From contig OX597817.1 in the NCBI GenBank assembly GCA_951406725.2, positions 160,332,001-160,396,000 of the forward strand: a stretch of 64,000 bases of DNA, given 5' to 3'. Position numbers and translations under genes: made by a program. How positions within the stretch are numbered: position 1 is the stretch's first letter; every line of letters begins with the position of its first letter. The notes beneath the pieces are model-generated. The model was given only the letters and a program-made list of their open reading frames with translations, was not told where the DNA came from and searched no databases. This document shows, one piece after another, positions 11,641-26,209 of this stretch. This stretch comes from Octopus vulgaris (lineage: Eukaryota).

Positions 11641-11796
11641 TTATTTAAAAGCAGCAGAAAATTCAACAAAATCTGTTACTCTGAGTTTCACGTTCCCGTT
11701 CGTCGGACAGTTTTTTTCTAGCAAAACTGTCCGACGAACGGGAACGTGAAATTCAGAGTAACAGGTTTTGTTGAATTTTCTGCTGCTTTTAAATAA
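11641..11796. ncRNA. 74-bp-arm palindrome placing a hammerhead on each strand
   Basis: Arms 11641-11714 and 11723-11796. Plus strand: cugu-CCGACGA-acg/ggaa/cgu-GAAA-uucagag-UA/acag (11727-11764). The mirror motif is at 11673-11710. Confidence 0.7.
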
Positions 11797-11889
11797 CAAT
11801 TTACTCTACCACTGTTATTTGAGTACTCTTTTTTCCACCTTGTTTCACATTTATGTGTTTACTTCGGTATATATATATATATATATATA

Positions 11890-12095
11890 TAGTTAATCCA
11901 AAGAAGAAAACACAAAAAAACACAACAACGCGAGGACGTGGAACAAATAAAGTATTATTGGACGCTCATGAAAGAAGGGAAGAAGGAGGGTTTAACGCTT
12001 CGAGCGGAGCTCTTCGTCAGAAACATAGGAGAAGGAAAGATCCAGAGAAGAGAAGACAGAGGAAAAAATCGCCAACGGTACACACGAGGTCACAT
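11890..12095 (-). mobile_element. Second copy of the gagc/ucc/gcuc hammerhead element
   Basis: 11990-12024 on the minus strand: guuu-CUGACGA-a-gagcuccgcuc-GAAG-cg-UU/aaac. Confidence 0.65.
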
Positions 12096-12113
12096 TTATA
12101 TATACAGATAGAC

Positions 12114-12186
<73 letters not shown>

Positions 12187-12883
12187 CAAATATATGTATA
12201 AGTACGGAATGTTCGACTAAAACCCTTCAAGGTAGTTCCGTAGTATGGATGCAGTCCAATGACTGAAATAAGTAACGAATAAACGATAAAAAAAAATATA
12301 AAATAAAGGCAAAGATGACCTCAACGTGATTTGAACGCAGAATGTAAAGATCCGAAAAGTATAGTGTTAACGAGCTAACCAAACTCTGATATTGTTCATT
12401 TCTTTCTCGTTCTTTTGTTGATTTTGTAATACGTATATCTCCTTTGTTTGCGTTTTTTTTTTAAATTCTTTTTTGTTTAAATTTTTTTTTTATTCATGTG
12501 GGTATTGTTGTTGCTGCTAATTTTGCTGCTGACATTGTTTAGTTTTATGGGAATGTTGTGGTCATGCAGTAATTTTCTTGTGGTACGACCATTGTGATAT
12601 TGTTGTGGTACCCTCTACCCTGGTCTGCAACAACAATTTCAATCGTTCTTAAGGAAGTGACTCACTTTGCACGTAGGCACTTATCTTGTTAAACGTGACG
12701 TGCATCACACACAGATACACAGATACATACATAAAAATCACACACACACAAAAGCCACACACCATTTATGCATCCATGAATTCACAGAAATTTCTATGTA
12801 CGCAGATATAGTATTTCACATACAGTATGAATATATATATATATATATATATAGGGGGCTAGTATACTTTACGTTGTCGAGCG

Positions 12884-12923
<40 letters not shown>

Positions 12924-12925
<2 letters not shown>

Positions 12926-13128
12926 TTTACTTGTTTCAGTCATTTCACTGCGGCCATGCTGGAGCACCGCCCTTAGTCGAGCAACTCGACCCCGAGACTT
13001 ATTCTTTGTAAGTCCAGTACTTATTCTATCGGTCTCTTTTGCCGAACCGCTATGTGACGGGGGCGTAAACACACCAGCATCGGTTGTCAAGCAATGCTAG
13101 GGGGACAAACACAGACACACAAACATAT

Positions 13129-13161
<33 letters not shown>

Positions 13162-13325
13162 CATATATACGACAGGCTTCTTTCAGTTTCCGTCTACCAA
13201 ATCCACTCACAAGGCATTGGTCGGCCCGGGGCTATAGCAGAAGACATTTGCCCAAGATGCCACGCAGTGTGATTGAACCCGGAACCATGTGGTTGGTAAG
13301 CAAGCTACTTACCACAGCCACTCCT
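12924..13325 (-). mobile_element. SINE family A
   Basis: Same sequence as 9081-9512. Confidence 0.85.
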
Positions 13326-13429
13326 ATATATATATAAAGTTAATCCAAACAAGAAAGCACAAATGAACACAACAACGCGAGGACGTGGAACAAATATAGT
13401 ATTATTGGACGATAGTATTATTCGAGCAG

Positions 13430-13990
<561 letters not shown>

Positions 13991-14148
13991 CAGGACGTCA
14001 CCAACAGTAAACTACATGAAATACGAAAGCAAATGAGTTCAATACGCAAACAACGAGAGAAACAAATGGAAAACAGGACCAGCAACACAAAGAACGACCC
14101 TTCATCAGTTGTCGGCTGTCTATCTACTCCTCATTTCGAGCACTGAAC

Positions 14149-14212
<64 letters not shown>

Positions 14213-14661
14213 AGGTGCGTAAAATATTCCAGGACCTCAATACAAGCGGCCGAGTTGACTCTCAGGCCTTTTGGAAAGAAGGAGGCATCACATGTCTTTC
14301 ATTGCTGACAACCCCTAAAACCATGACAGTTGCAGGAAATTTTGTAAGCATAACTCTTGGGACTTCAGAATAGTCTGCACATAACCATCTGTCATTTCTT
14401 CAGCAGGTACACCTTACATTAAATATATATACACGAGGCAATTCAGTATATGCCCCGTGCTTATACATTCTAACTTTTCAAATCTACCGCGCAAGCGCAG
14501 CTCCCTGTCGGCAGTAAATAAATATGCCGGCTTTTTCATTTCGAAAATTATCCAAGAAAAAATTCATCAATAATGAATAATAACAAAGGGTAATCTGAAA
14601 TATTACAAATTACCAGTGGCCTAGAGTGTAAAGAATTTAGTCAATAGACTAGATATTATTC

Positions 14662-14990
14662 ATATAAATACAGTGTACATTTAAACACAAAAAAGAGGTA
14701 TCCATCATAGGACTACCTACACGCTCGAGAGGACAGTTAAGTTCCAAACAACTATTATATATATAGTTAATCTAAGGTGTACTTCTGCTGGAGAAGGCTT
14801 CGCCAAGCAAATTTATTTTATTTGCTAAAAATTGTCTGAAACCATTGTTCCAGGTGTTAGATGGTAAATATTTTCATTTTTCATTCCATTCGAAATTTTA
14901 TCCCTAATAGTGGTTTGGAATTTAACTGTCCTCTCTAGCGTGTAGGTAGTCCTATGATGGATACCTCTTTGTGCACACTGTATTCATATA
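14662..14990. mobile_element. Fold-back/MITE-like element with ~66-bp inverted arms
   Basis: aaagaggtatccatcataggactacctacacgct...actatta (14692-14757) is inverted at 14905-14970 with about 3 mismatches. Outer atacagtg/cactgtat words are also inverted. Confidence 0.7.
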
Positions 14991-15024
<34 letters not shown>

Positions 15025-15243
15025 CATTCAGTCTGTTATGATGAATCCATAAACACATATAAAATATCCAAGGGTATATCCACCCCACTTTGAAGATATT
15101 ATGCTCAGGTTATATAAATATAAATTTAATATTTACTTAATATTTACTGAGTATTATTAATTGAATCGACTGTAAATGAAGATGATTAATTTGCTGTTAA
15201 TAATAAACGATTATTAAATTTCCAATCTTAATTTTCTTTTTCT

Positions 15244-15283
<40 letters not shown>

Positions 15284-15482
15284 TCATTTACTTGTTTCAG
15301 TCATTTGACTGTGGCATATGCTGGAGCAACGCTTTTAGTCGAGCAACCGACCCCAGGACTTATTCTTTGTAAGTCTAGTACTTATTGTATCGATGTCTTT
15401 GGCCGAACCGCTAAGTTACGGAACGTAAACACACCAACATCGGTTGTCAAGCGATGTTGGGGGGACAAACACAGACACACAG

Positions 15483-15519
<37 letters not shown>

Positions 15520-15664
15520 CATATATTCGACGGGCTTCTTTTTAGTTTCCGTCTACCAAATTCACTCACAAGGCTTTGGTCGGCCCAAGGCTATAGTAGA
15601 AGACACTTGCCCAAGATGCCGGAACATATATATTTATATTATATGTGTATGTATGTATGTATGT

Positions 15665-15720
<56 letters not shown>

Positions 15721-15957
15721 ATGTGCATGTACTTGCGTCTCTGTCTCCCCCACCACTATTTGAAGGCCGGTGATGGTGAGTTTACCTTCTCATAAGATAG
15801 CGGTTCGGCAAAATAGACCGAACCGTGCTTGAAAAAAAAAAAAGAAAAAAAAAGTTAAGTCCTGGGGTTAATTCATTTACCTAAAAATTCCGTGGTCTAA
15901 TGACCGAAACAATTAAAAGATAAAAGATACCTACATCCAGTACACCTACTCACGCAC

Positions 15958-16032
<75 letters not shown>

Positions 16033-16055
16033 ATATATATGTATATATATGTATA

Positions 16056-16140
<85 letters not shown>

Positions 16141-16286
16141 ATATATATATATATGTATATATAAGCATATATATATATATATATATATATAAGCATATAT
16201 ATATATATATATATACATATAGATACGTATGTGTGTCTGTGTGTGTGTAAGTGACTCTGTATGTGTGTGTGTGGAGAGAAAGAGAG

Positions 16287-16332
<46 letters not shown>

Positions 16333-16893
16333 GGATAGAGGTTGAGCTGCACCCAAAACATCAAAGGAAAAAAACATCGTTTTTAATATGAGTGCAACCT
16401 CTGCAACTCCTTCATCTTCCACCAACGCTATTCGCAATAAAGAGATATTGCCCCCCCCCCCTCCACCCAACCCACCCACCCCACCCACAACATCTCACGC
16501 CCACACGCACACACACATTCACCGTATGCTCGTTTCAACATTGTAAGACATCTGCACTCCCACCACCACCACCACCACCACAACCGCCGCCACCGCCGCC
16601 ACCACCATCAACGCTACCCACCACCAACAGCAGCAGCAACACCTTCACTGGTAAATGTGTTTAAAATTGCGCTTCCGCTTCTCATTTTCCTGTCTGTTTG
16701 TCTGTCAATCTGTCTGTCTGTCTGAAACCCCACCCCCCTCTCACTTTCTCTCTCTCTCTCTCTCTCTCTCTCACGCACACACTTTCTTCCTCTCTCTCTT
16801 TCTCCCCCTCGCTCTCTCTCTCTCTTTCTCTCTTTCTCTCCCCCTCTCTCTCTCTCTCTCACACACACACTTTCTTCCTCTCTTTTCCTCCCC

Positions 16894-16924
<31 letters not shown>

Positions 16925-16970
16925 ACGCACTCACACTTTCTTCCTCTCTCTCTTTCTCCCCCCTCTCTTT

Positions 16971-17013
<43 letters not shown>

Positions 17014-17059
17014 TTTCTTCCTCTCTCTCTCTTTCTACCCTCCCTCTCACCATGCAGTT

Positions 17060-19720
17060 ATCATTAGTCCTAGCATAGTTGTGATCTGACGGAGTTCCCT
17101 GGCTTTTCAACAATCTTAATGTTGAGTTTGGTCTCCTTCAGAGCTTTTCTAAATCTACGGGCTAGTTCTCCGTGGGCTGTGGCCTCTACAAACATCACTC
17201 CTTGATATTTGTCGGTTTTATACCACGTGTTCGCCTAGTTTGCTTTGTTACAAGTTCTTTGTATCCTATTGCATTCTTTGTTTCTATATCTAGGGCAGGT
17301 ACCACTGATATCATTAGGTATATTGTTGTCTAATTTCTTTCTAGCCACACCCCTGTATATCCGAAGTTCTGTATATGTTTTTTTCATTTCATAGGGTTCG
17401 CATAGTGGGGACACATTGTTCATTATTCAAACTAAGTCTGCTATCAGTATGTTAATTTTCATGTTGTGTGACAAAGCTGAGTTCTTGTGAACAACATATT
17501 TTGAAGTTATGGGTTTCATGGAATAGGAGTGGAGGAGCTGTACTCTATTGTTCACAGTCTCTAACCAAAGTTCTAGTATCAATATCTATTGTTGGGGTGC
17601 TTAGTGGGGTAATCTATAGTTACCTTGTGCTTTAATGGATGGAGTTAGCTATTTGCTGGATGCTCTCCATTACGTTCTTTTCAGTTTCTACATTACCGTC
17701 ACTAGAGTTGGTCCTAATTATTATATTAATGTCATCTACATATCTACTTAGTTAGTTAGTTAGTTAATTTTTTGGCTCAAAAAGCAAAAAGTAAGGCCAT
17801 GTAGGGGGACATGGAGTTATGTACAGGGTGATGTTCATGTAAAGAGTTCAGGCCACTTGTGGTCAAGGGAGACTTTGAACCGAGCGGTCGTCGGCATCTT
17901 CGCTATCTCGTCCGGCAGCTTATTCCACGGATCCGCAACTCCGGACGGAGAAAGCCCCTCTCCTTCGATTGAGATGAAATCGTCGCAGATAGAGCTTTTC
18001 GGATTAACCCCGCAGCCGACGCTCTGGAGCAGGAATGAAGAACAGCTCTTTCGAGAGGTTACACTTTCCGCTTACGATGTTGTGAGCAAGAATGAGATCA
18101 CTACGTCGTTTTTCTAGAGAATAAAGATCGAGCGTCTTCAGCCTTTCTACATAAGACAAATTCTTGAGACCAAGAACCATGCGGGTTGCCAGCTTCTGGA
18201 CTCTTTCGAGATGCTGTATGTCTTTGAGGAGATAAGGAGAAGAGGCTTGAATCCCGTACTCCAATATGGGTCTCACCAGCGTGACATAGAGCGGTAGGAA
18301 TATGGCTGCTGTGAGCATTCCGAATGACCGTCGAATCAAGAACAGAACTCCGCGTGCTTTGTTGGCAGCATGGACGCACTGGGCCGAAGGCGAAAAGGAA
18401 GAATCCACCAAGATACCCAGGTCCTTTTCCTGGTCGGTCCTCTCCAGCAGCAGACGACGCGGCTCGAAATCAAGTTGAGTTACAGAAGAGCCAATAGGCA
18501 GATGACAGCACTTTGACACGTTCAGACACTGTAGAGTAGAAGAGTTGTGGACTGTTCTGCTAACATTTGTTTAACTTTTCTGTCCTACCAGGTCATGAAG
18601 AGGCCAGCTACATCCCCAGCTACTCCTACACTGATGGCTGCACCTTGAACCTGCATGTATAGTTTATTGTTAAACTTTATTATGTGGTTCTTCAAGGTGG
18701 TTTTTATACTGACCCCTATTGCATATGCAACTCATTTCTTTTACCTGATTGTTGTTCTCAGGGTTTTGGGTGGATGTCTGGCCAAGCCATTCCAGCGCTC
18801 TGTGGTGCTTTTCTTCACTGCTGAAGTGATGGTGGATGGTCTTCCCCTCTGTGACCTGGTGGGGCAGAATCTACTGAGGTTACGGTCATCTAAATAGTTA
18901 CTGTCATAGTATAGTCTGAGGAATTCCACTTCACTCTCACAGATTACCTGAATGCATTTCTCCACAGCAAAATCTATGTCTATAGATGGGCAGAGTGAAA
19001 TCACATCCATACTACCCACTATACAACCTATGAGGTTGTTGGAGTGGTTGCAAGTACCGATTTTACTGAGGAGATCTTCTGTACTCACACAGACATCCGG
19101 AGACATCTCTATGAGAGGTCGCAATACCTGTGAGAGGAGGTAGGACAGTCTATAGTTGCTGGAGATGTTCGCTCCGCCAACTGGTCTGGTTGGGAGCCCC
19201 ACGACAGGGTTTACGTAGGGTTTGTGGTCTTTGCGTAACCCATATAGTGTAGGAACATCATTGTTGGATGCTTGGAAATTGTGCGCCAAATTAGGTTGGA
19301 GTATGTTACACCACATTCCCATGTGTGCATTGAGGAGTTTTCCCACTCTTTCATGTTCCTGTGGTGTAACTTCTCTCACGCTTATGATGTGTTGTTGCAT
19401 GGTCTGGACATAGTTCTGTGGAACTATTGACAGTCTGCCAAACTTGTCCATAGGGAGGCACACTAATTCTTTGTTCCTAATCCGCTGTTTTAGCTTTTGT
19501 AGGCCTTTGTCAACAGATGAGCTGAGCTGGTGGGACCCCACCTCACTATGTTTTTTAGTGGATTCGTTGTATCGGTCTGAGATATGTCGGAGTCTATTTC
19601 TAGCTAAGGAGATCTTTGCTTCTGTTTCACTGTCAATTTGGGGTGGGATACATACCTTTTTCCTAAAGGTTAAGTCTGTGGGTAGATCCTCGTCATGGCA
19701 TAAGATTTGTTGTTAGGGTT
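17060..19720 (-). mobile_element. Penelope-like retroelement RT region, degenerate and interrupted by a LINE
   Basis: Motifs PMDKFG, PTLYGLRKDHK, PTRPV, SMDVISLCPSI and Q-G-AIG..AGLFM, then RYVDD at 17731-17745 after the insertion. Confidence 0.85.
17749..18527 (-). mobile_element. 5'-truncated CR1-type LINE (RT C-terminus, 3' UTR, (TAAC)n tail)
   Basis: EKDLGILVD..LYVTLVRPILEYG..SPYL.KDI..LERVQKLATRMV.GLKNLSY.ERL..L.LYSLEKRR is typical of CR1-clade ORF2. Confidence 0.9.
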
Positions 19721-20268
19721 GTAGAAGATAGAGTGTAGGGTGTTATTAATCTTTGTGGTTGTTGTTATAGTTGCTGGTATTGTTGTTGTTGCTGGCGGAG
19801 GTGGTAGTGGTGGTAGTGGTGGTAGTGGTTGTGTTGTGCTTATTGTTGTTGATGTGGGTGGTGTTGTTGGTAGTGGTGTGGATGATGTGGTTGTTATCGT
19901 AATCTGTGTGTAGGATGTTGTTGTTGTTATTATTGTTGCAATCGTCATCTTTACTGTTGTTGTTTAATAATAAAATACTTACTTACAGGTATACATAAAA
20001 GCATATATACATGCAGACCAACCGACCTACAATACATAATGCATATAATTGAACAATGACGTACAATATGCGCGGAGATGTGTAGACGCTAATGAATGAG
20101 CCTACATACACATTCACAAGCACAGACATGCATTTAAATGTATATACACTCACACGCACCCAGACGCCGACGTGTGTGTGCGTGTGGGGGGTGAGTGTAT
20201 GCATTCTAGTACGTGGGACAGTGTCAACGACCTTTGCAAGTGTTATTCCGCTCCCAAAATATGTATGC

Positions 20269-20326
<58 letters not shown>

Positions 20327-20936
20327 TCTTTACTCTTTTACTTGTTTCAGTCATTTGACTGCGGCCATGTTGGAGCATCGCCTTTAATCGAACAAATCGA
20401 CCCCAGGACTTATTCTTTGTAAGCCCAGTACTTATTCTATCGGTCTCTTTTGCCGAACCGCTAAGTGACGGGGACGTAAACACACCAGCATCGGTTGTCA
20501 AGCAATGCTAGGGGGACAAACACAGACACACAAATACACACACACATACATATATATATACATATATACGACAGGCTTCTTTCAGTTTCCGTCTACCAAA
20601 TCCACTCACAAGGCATTGGTCGGCCCGGGGCTATAGCAGAAGACACTTGCCCAAGATGCCACGCAGTGGGACTGAACCCGGAACCATGTGGTTGGTTAGC
20701 AAGCTACTTACTCACACAGCCACTCCTACTGGAGTGAACACATAAATGTGAAACAAGGTGGAAAAAAGAGTACTCAACACCAGTGCTAGAGTAATATGCT
20801 TTATTTAAAGCAACAGAAAATTCAACAAAACCTGTTACACTGAGTTTTCCACGTGTTACCGTTCGTCGGACAGTTTTTGCTAGAATAGAACTGATATGTC
20901 AATTCTATCCTATATATATATATATATATATATGCA

Positions 20937-21036
20937 NNNNNNNNNNNNNNNNNNNNNNNNNNNNNNNNNNNNNNNNNNNNNNNNNNNNNNNNNNNNNNNN
21001 NNNNNNNNNNNNNNNNNNNNNNNNNNNNNNNNNNNN
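20937..21036. other. Assembly gap (100 N)
   Basis: Exactly 100 Ns, a typical placeholder for a gap of unknown length. Confidence 0.99.
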
Positions 21037-21129
21037 GTATTATTAATTGAATCGACTGTAAATGAAGATGATTAATTTGCTGTTAATAATAAACGATTAT
21101 TAAATTTCCAATCTTAATTTTCTTTTTCT

Positions 21130-21169
<40 letters not shown>

Positions 21170-21367
21170 TCATTTACTTGTTTCAGTCATTTGACTGTGG
21201 CCATGCTGGAGCAACGCTTTTAGTCGAGCAACCGACCCCAGGACTTATTCTTTGTAAGTCTAGTACTTATTGTATCGATGTCTTTGGCCGAACCGCTAAG
21301 TTACGGAACGTAAACACACCAACATCGGTTGTCAAGCGATGTTGGGGGGACAAACACAGACACACAG

Positions 21368-21400
<33 letters not shown>

Positions 21401-21549
21401 CATATATTCGACGGGCTTCTTTTTAGTTTCCGTCTACCAAATTCACTCACAAGGCTTTGGTCGGCCCAAGGCTATAGTAGAAGACACTTGCCCAAGATGC
21501 CGGAACATATATATTTATATTATATGTGTATGTATGTATGTATGTACGT

Positions 21550-21606
<57 letters not shown>

Positions 21607-21841
21607 ATGTGCATGTACTTGCGTCTCTGTCTCCCCCACCACTATTTGAAGGCCGGTGATGGTGAGTTTACCTTCTCATAAGATAGCGGTTCGGCAAAAT
21701 AGACCGAACCGTGCTTGAAAAAAAAAAGAAAAAAAAAGTTAAGTCCTGGGGTTAATTCATTTACCTAAAAATTCCGTGGTCTAATGACCGAAACAATTAA
21801 AAGATAAAAGATACCTACATCCAGTACACCTACTCACGCAC

Positions 21842-21918
<77 letters not shown>

Positions 21919-21945
21919 ATATATATATGTATATATATATGTATA

Positions 21946-22040
<95 letters not shown>

Positions 22041-22625
22041 ATATATATATATATATGTATATATAAGCATATATATATATATATATGTATATATAAGCAT
22101 ATATATATATATATATATACATATAGATACGTATGTGTGTCTGTGTGTGTGTAAGTGACTCTGTATGTGTGTGTGTGGAGAGAAAGAGAGTAGGAGGAGA
22201 GAGAGAGAGAGAGTGGCGGATAGAGGTTGAGCTGCACCTAAAACATCAAAGGGAAAAAAACATCGTTTTTAATATGAGTGCAACCTCTGCAACTCCTTCA
22301 TCTTCCACCAACGCTATTCGCAATAAAGAGATATTGCCCCCCCCTCCACCCACCCCACCCACCCCACCACAACATCTCACGCCCACACGCACACACACAT
22401 TCACCGTATGCTCGTTTCAACATTGTAAGACATCTGCACTCCCACCACCACCACCACCACCACAACCGCCGCCACCGCCGCCACCACCATCAACGCTACC
22501 CACCACCAACAGCAGCAGCAACACCTTCACTGGTAAATGTGTTTAAAATTGCGCTTCCGCTTCTCATTTTCCTGTCTGTTTGTCTGTCAATCTGTCTGTC
22601 TGTCTGAAACCCCACCCCCCTCTCA

Positions 22626-22657
<32 letters not shown>

Positions 22658-22778
22658 CGCACACACTTTCTTCCTCTCTCTTTCTCCCCCTCGCTCTCTC
22701 TCTCTCTTTCTCTCTTTCTCTCTCTTTCCCTCTCTCTCTCTCTCTCACACACACACTTTCTTCCTCTCTTTCCTCCCC

Positions 22779-22809
<31 letters not shown>

Positions 22810-22854
22810 ACGCACTCACACTTTCTTCCTCTCTCTCTTTCTCCCCCTCTCTTT

Positions 22855-22893
<39 letters not shown>

Positions 22894-22939
22894 TTTCTTC
22901 CTCTCTCTCTCTTTCTACCCTCCCTCTCACCATGCAGTT

Positions 22940-25600
22940 ATCATTAGTCCTACATAGTTGTGATCTGACGGAGTTCCCTGGCTTTTCAACAATCTTAATG
23001 TTGAGTTTGGTCTCCTTCAGAGCTTTTCTAAATCTACGGGCTAGTTCTCCGTGGGCTGTGGCCTCTACAAACATCACTCCTTGATATTTGTCGGTTTTAT
23101 ACCACGTGTTCGCCTAGTTTGCTTTGTTACAAGTTCTTTGTATCCTATTGCATTCTTTGTTTCTATATCTAGGGCAGGTACCACTGATATCATTAGGTAT
23201 ATTGTTGTCTAATTTCTTTCTAGCCACACCCCTGTATATCCGAAGTTCTGTATATGTTTTTTTCATTTCATAGGGTTCGCATAGTGGGGACACATTGTTC
23301 ATTATTCAAACTAAGTCTGCTATCAGTATGTTAATTTTCATGTTGTGTGACAAAGCTGAGTTCTTGTGAACAACATATTTTGAAGTTATGGGTTTCATGG
23401 AATAGGAGTGGAGGAGCTGTACTCTATTGTTCACAGTCTCTAACCAAAGTTCAGTATCAATATCTATTGTTGGGGTGCTTAGTGGGGTAATCTATAGTTA
23501 CCTTGTGCTTTAATGGATGGAGTTAGCTATTTGCTGGATGCTCTCCATTACGTTCTTTTCAGTTTCTACATTACCGTCACTAGAGTTGGTCCTAATTATT
23601 ATATTAATGTCATCTACATATCTACTTAGTTAGTTAGTTAGTTAATTTTTTGGCTCAAAAAAGCAAAAAAGCAAGGCCATGTAGGGGGACATGGAGTTAT
23701 GTACAGGGTGTGGTTCATGTAAAGAGTTCAGGCCACTTGTGGTCAAGGGAGACTTTGAACCGAGCGGTCGTCGGCATCTTCGCTATCTCGTCCGGCAGCT
23801 TATTCCACGGATCCGCAACCCGGACGGAGAAAGCCCCTCTCCTTCGATTGAGATGAAATCGTCGCAGATAGAGCTTTTCGGATTAACCCCGCAGCCGACG
23901 CTCTGGAGCAGGAATGAAGAACAGCTCTTTCGAGAGGTTACACTTTCCGCTTACGATGTTGTGAGCAAGAATGAGATCACTACGTCGTTTTTCTAGAGAA
24001 TAAAGATCGAGCGTCTTCAGCCTTTCTACATAAGACAAATTCTTGAGACCAAGAACCATGCGGGTTGCCAGCTTCTGGACTCTTTCGAGATGCTGTATGT
24101 CTTTGAGGAGATAAGGAGAAGAGGCTTGAATCCCGTACTCCAATATGGGTCTCACCAGCGTGACATAGAGCGGTAGGAATATGGCTGCTGTGAGCATTCC
24201 GAATGACCGTCGAATCAAGAACAGAACTCCGCGTGCTTTGTTGGCAGCATGGACGCACTGGGCCGAAGGCGAAAAGGAAGAATCCACCAAGATACCCAGG
24301 TCCTTTTCCTGGTCGGTCCTCTCCAGCAGCAGACGACGCGGCTCGAAATCAAGTTGAGTTACAGAAGAGCCAATAGGCAGATGACAGCACTTTGACACGT
24401 TCAGACACTGTAGAGTAGAAGAGTTGTGGACTGTTCTGCTAACATTTGTTTAACTTTTCTGTCCTACCAGGTCATGAAGAGGCCAGCTACATCCCCAGCT
24501 ACTCCTACACCGATGGCTGCACCTTGAACCTGCATGTATAGTTTATTGTTAAACTTTATTATGTGGTTCTTCAAGGTGGTTTTTATACTGACCCCTATTG
24601 CATATGCAATCATTTCTTTTACCTGATTGTTGTTCTCAGGGTTTTGGGTGGATGCGGCCAAGCCATTCCAGCGCTCTGTGGTGCTTTTCTTCACTGCTGA
24701 AGTGATGGTGGATGGTCTTCCCCTCTGTGACCTGGTGGGGCAGAATCTACTGAGGTTACGGTCATCTAAATAGTTACTGTCATAGTATAGTCTGAGGAAT
24801 TCCACTTCACTCTCACAGATTACCTGAATGCATTTCTCCACAGCAAAATCTATGTCTATAGATGGGCAGAGTGAAATCACATCCATACTACCCACTATAC
24901 AACCTATGAGGTTGTTGGAGTGGTTGCAAGTACCGATTTTACTGAGGAGATCTTCTGTACTCACACAGACATCCGGAGACATCTCTATGAGAGGTCGCAA
25001 TACCTGTGAGAGGAGGTAGGACAGTCTATAGTTGCTGGAGATGTTCGCTCCGCCAACTGGTCTGGTTGGGAGCCCCACGACAGGGTTTACGTAGGGTTTG
25101 TGGTCTTTGCGTAACCCATATAGTGTAGGAACATCATTGTTGGATGCTTGGAAATTGTGCGCCAAATTAGGTTGGAGTATGTTACACCACATTCCCATGT
25201 GTGCATTGAGGAGTTTTCCCACTCTTTCATGTTCCTGTGGTGTAACTTCTCTCACGCTTATGATGTGTTGTTGCATGGTCTGGACATAGTTCTGTGGAAC
25301 TATTGACAGTCTGCCAAACTTGTCCATAGGGAGGCACACTAATTCTTTGTTCCTAATCCGCTGTTTTAGTTTTTGTAGGCCTTTGTCAACAGATGAGCTG
25401 AGCTGGTGGGACCCCACCTCACTATGTTTTTTAGTGGATTCGTTGTATCGGTCTGAGATATGTCGGAGTCTATTTCTAGCTAAGGAGATCTTTGCTTCTG
25501 TTTCACTGTCAATTTGGGGTGGGATACATACCTTTTTCCTAAAGGTTAAGTCTGTGGGGTAGATCCTCGTCATGGCATAAGATTTGTTGTTAGGGTTGTA
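22940..25600 (-). mobile_element. Penelope-like retroelement RT (copy with the longer open frame, ORF 24464-25825)
   Basis: The 453-aa ORF carries the PLE RT motifs LYGLRKDHK, RPV, SMDVISL and FNNKLYMQVQGAAIG. RYVDD is at 23609-23623, and the downstream thumb/linker reads FVEATAHGELA..IVEKPG. The Thr-rich N-terminus of the ORF is simple repeat. Confidence 0.85.
23627..24406 (-). mobile_element. CR1-type LINE fragment (duplicate of 17749-18527)
   Basis: Identical 171-aa ORF at 23883-24398. Confidence 0.9.
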
Positions 25601-26145
25601 GAAGATAGAGTGTAGGGTGTTATTAATCTTTGTGGTTGTTGTTATAGTTGCTGGTATTGTTGTTGTTGCTGGCGGAGGTGGTAGTGGTGGTAGTGGTGGT
25701 AGTGGTTGTGTTGTGCTTATTGTTGTTGATGTGGGTGGTGTTGTTGGTAGTGGTGTGGATGATGTGGTTGTTATCGTAATCTGTGTGTAGGATGTTGTTG
25801 TTGTTATTATTGTTGCAATCGTCATCTTTACTGTTGTTGTTTAATAATAAAATACTTACTTACAGGTATACATAAAAGCATATATACATGCAGACCAACC
25901 GACCTACAATACATAATGCATATAATTGAACAATGACGTACAATATGCGCGGAGATGTGTAGACGCTAATGAATGAGCCTACATACACATTCACAAGCAC
26001 AGACATGCATTTAAACGTATATACACTCACACGCACCCAGACGCCGACGTGTGTGTGCGTGTGGGGGGTGAGTGTATGCATTCTAGTACGTGGGACAGTG
26101 TCAACGACCTTTGCAAGTGTTATTCCGCTCCCAAAATATGTATGC

Positions 26146-26209
<64 letters not shown>

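Larger units (their letters stand above)
15151..20936. repeat. First copy of a ~5.8-kb near-identical block
   Basis: Starts gtattattaattgaatcgactg, exactly as at 21037, and stays colinear up to the gap. Confidence 0.9.

Noticed and set aside
14085-14150. Minus-strand GAAA...CUGAUGA in a (TA)n-embedded element
   Set aside because: The order would require a type II fold, and no credible stem III or stem I could be drawn.
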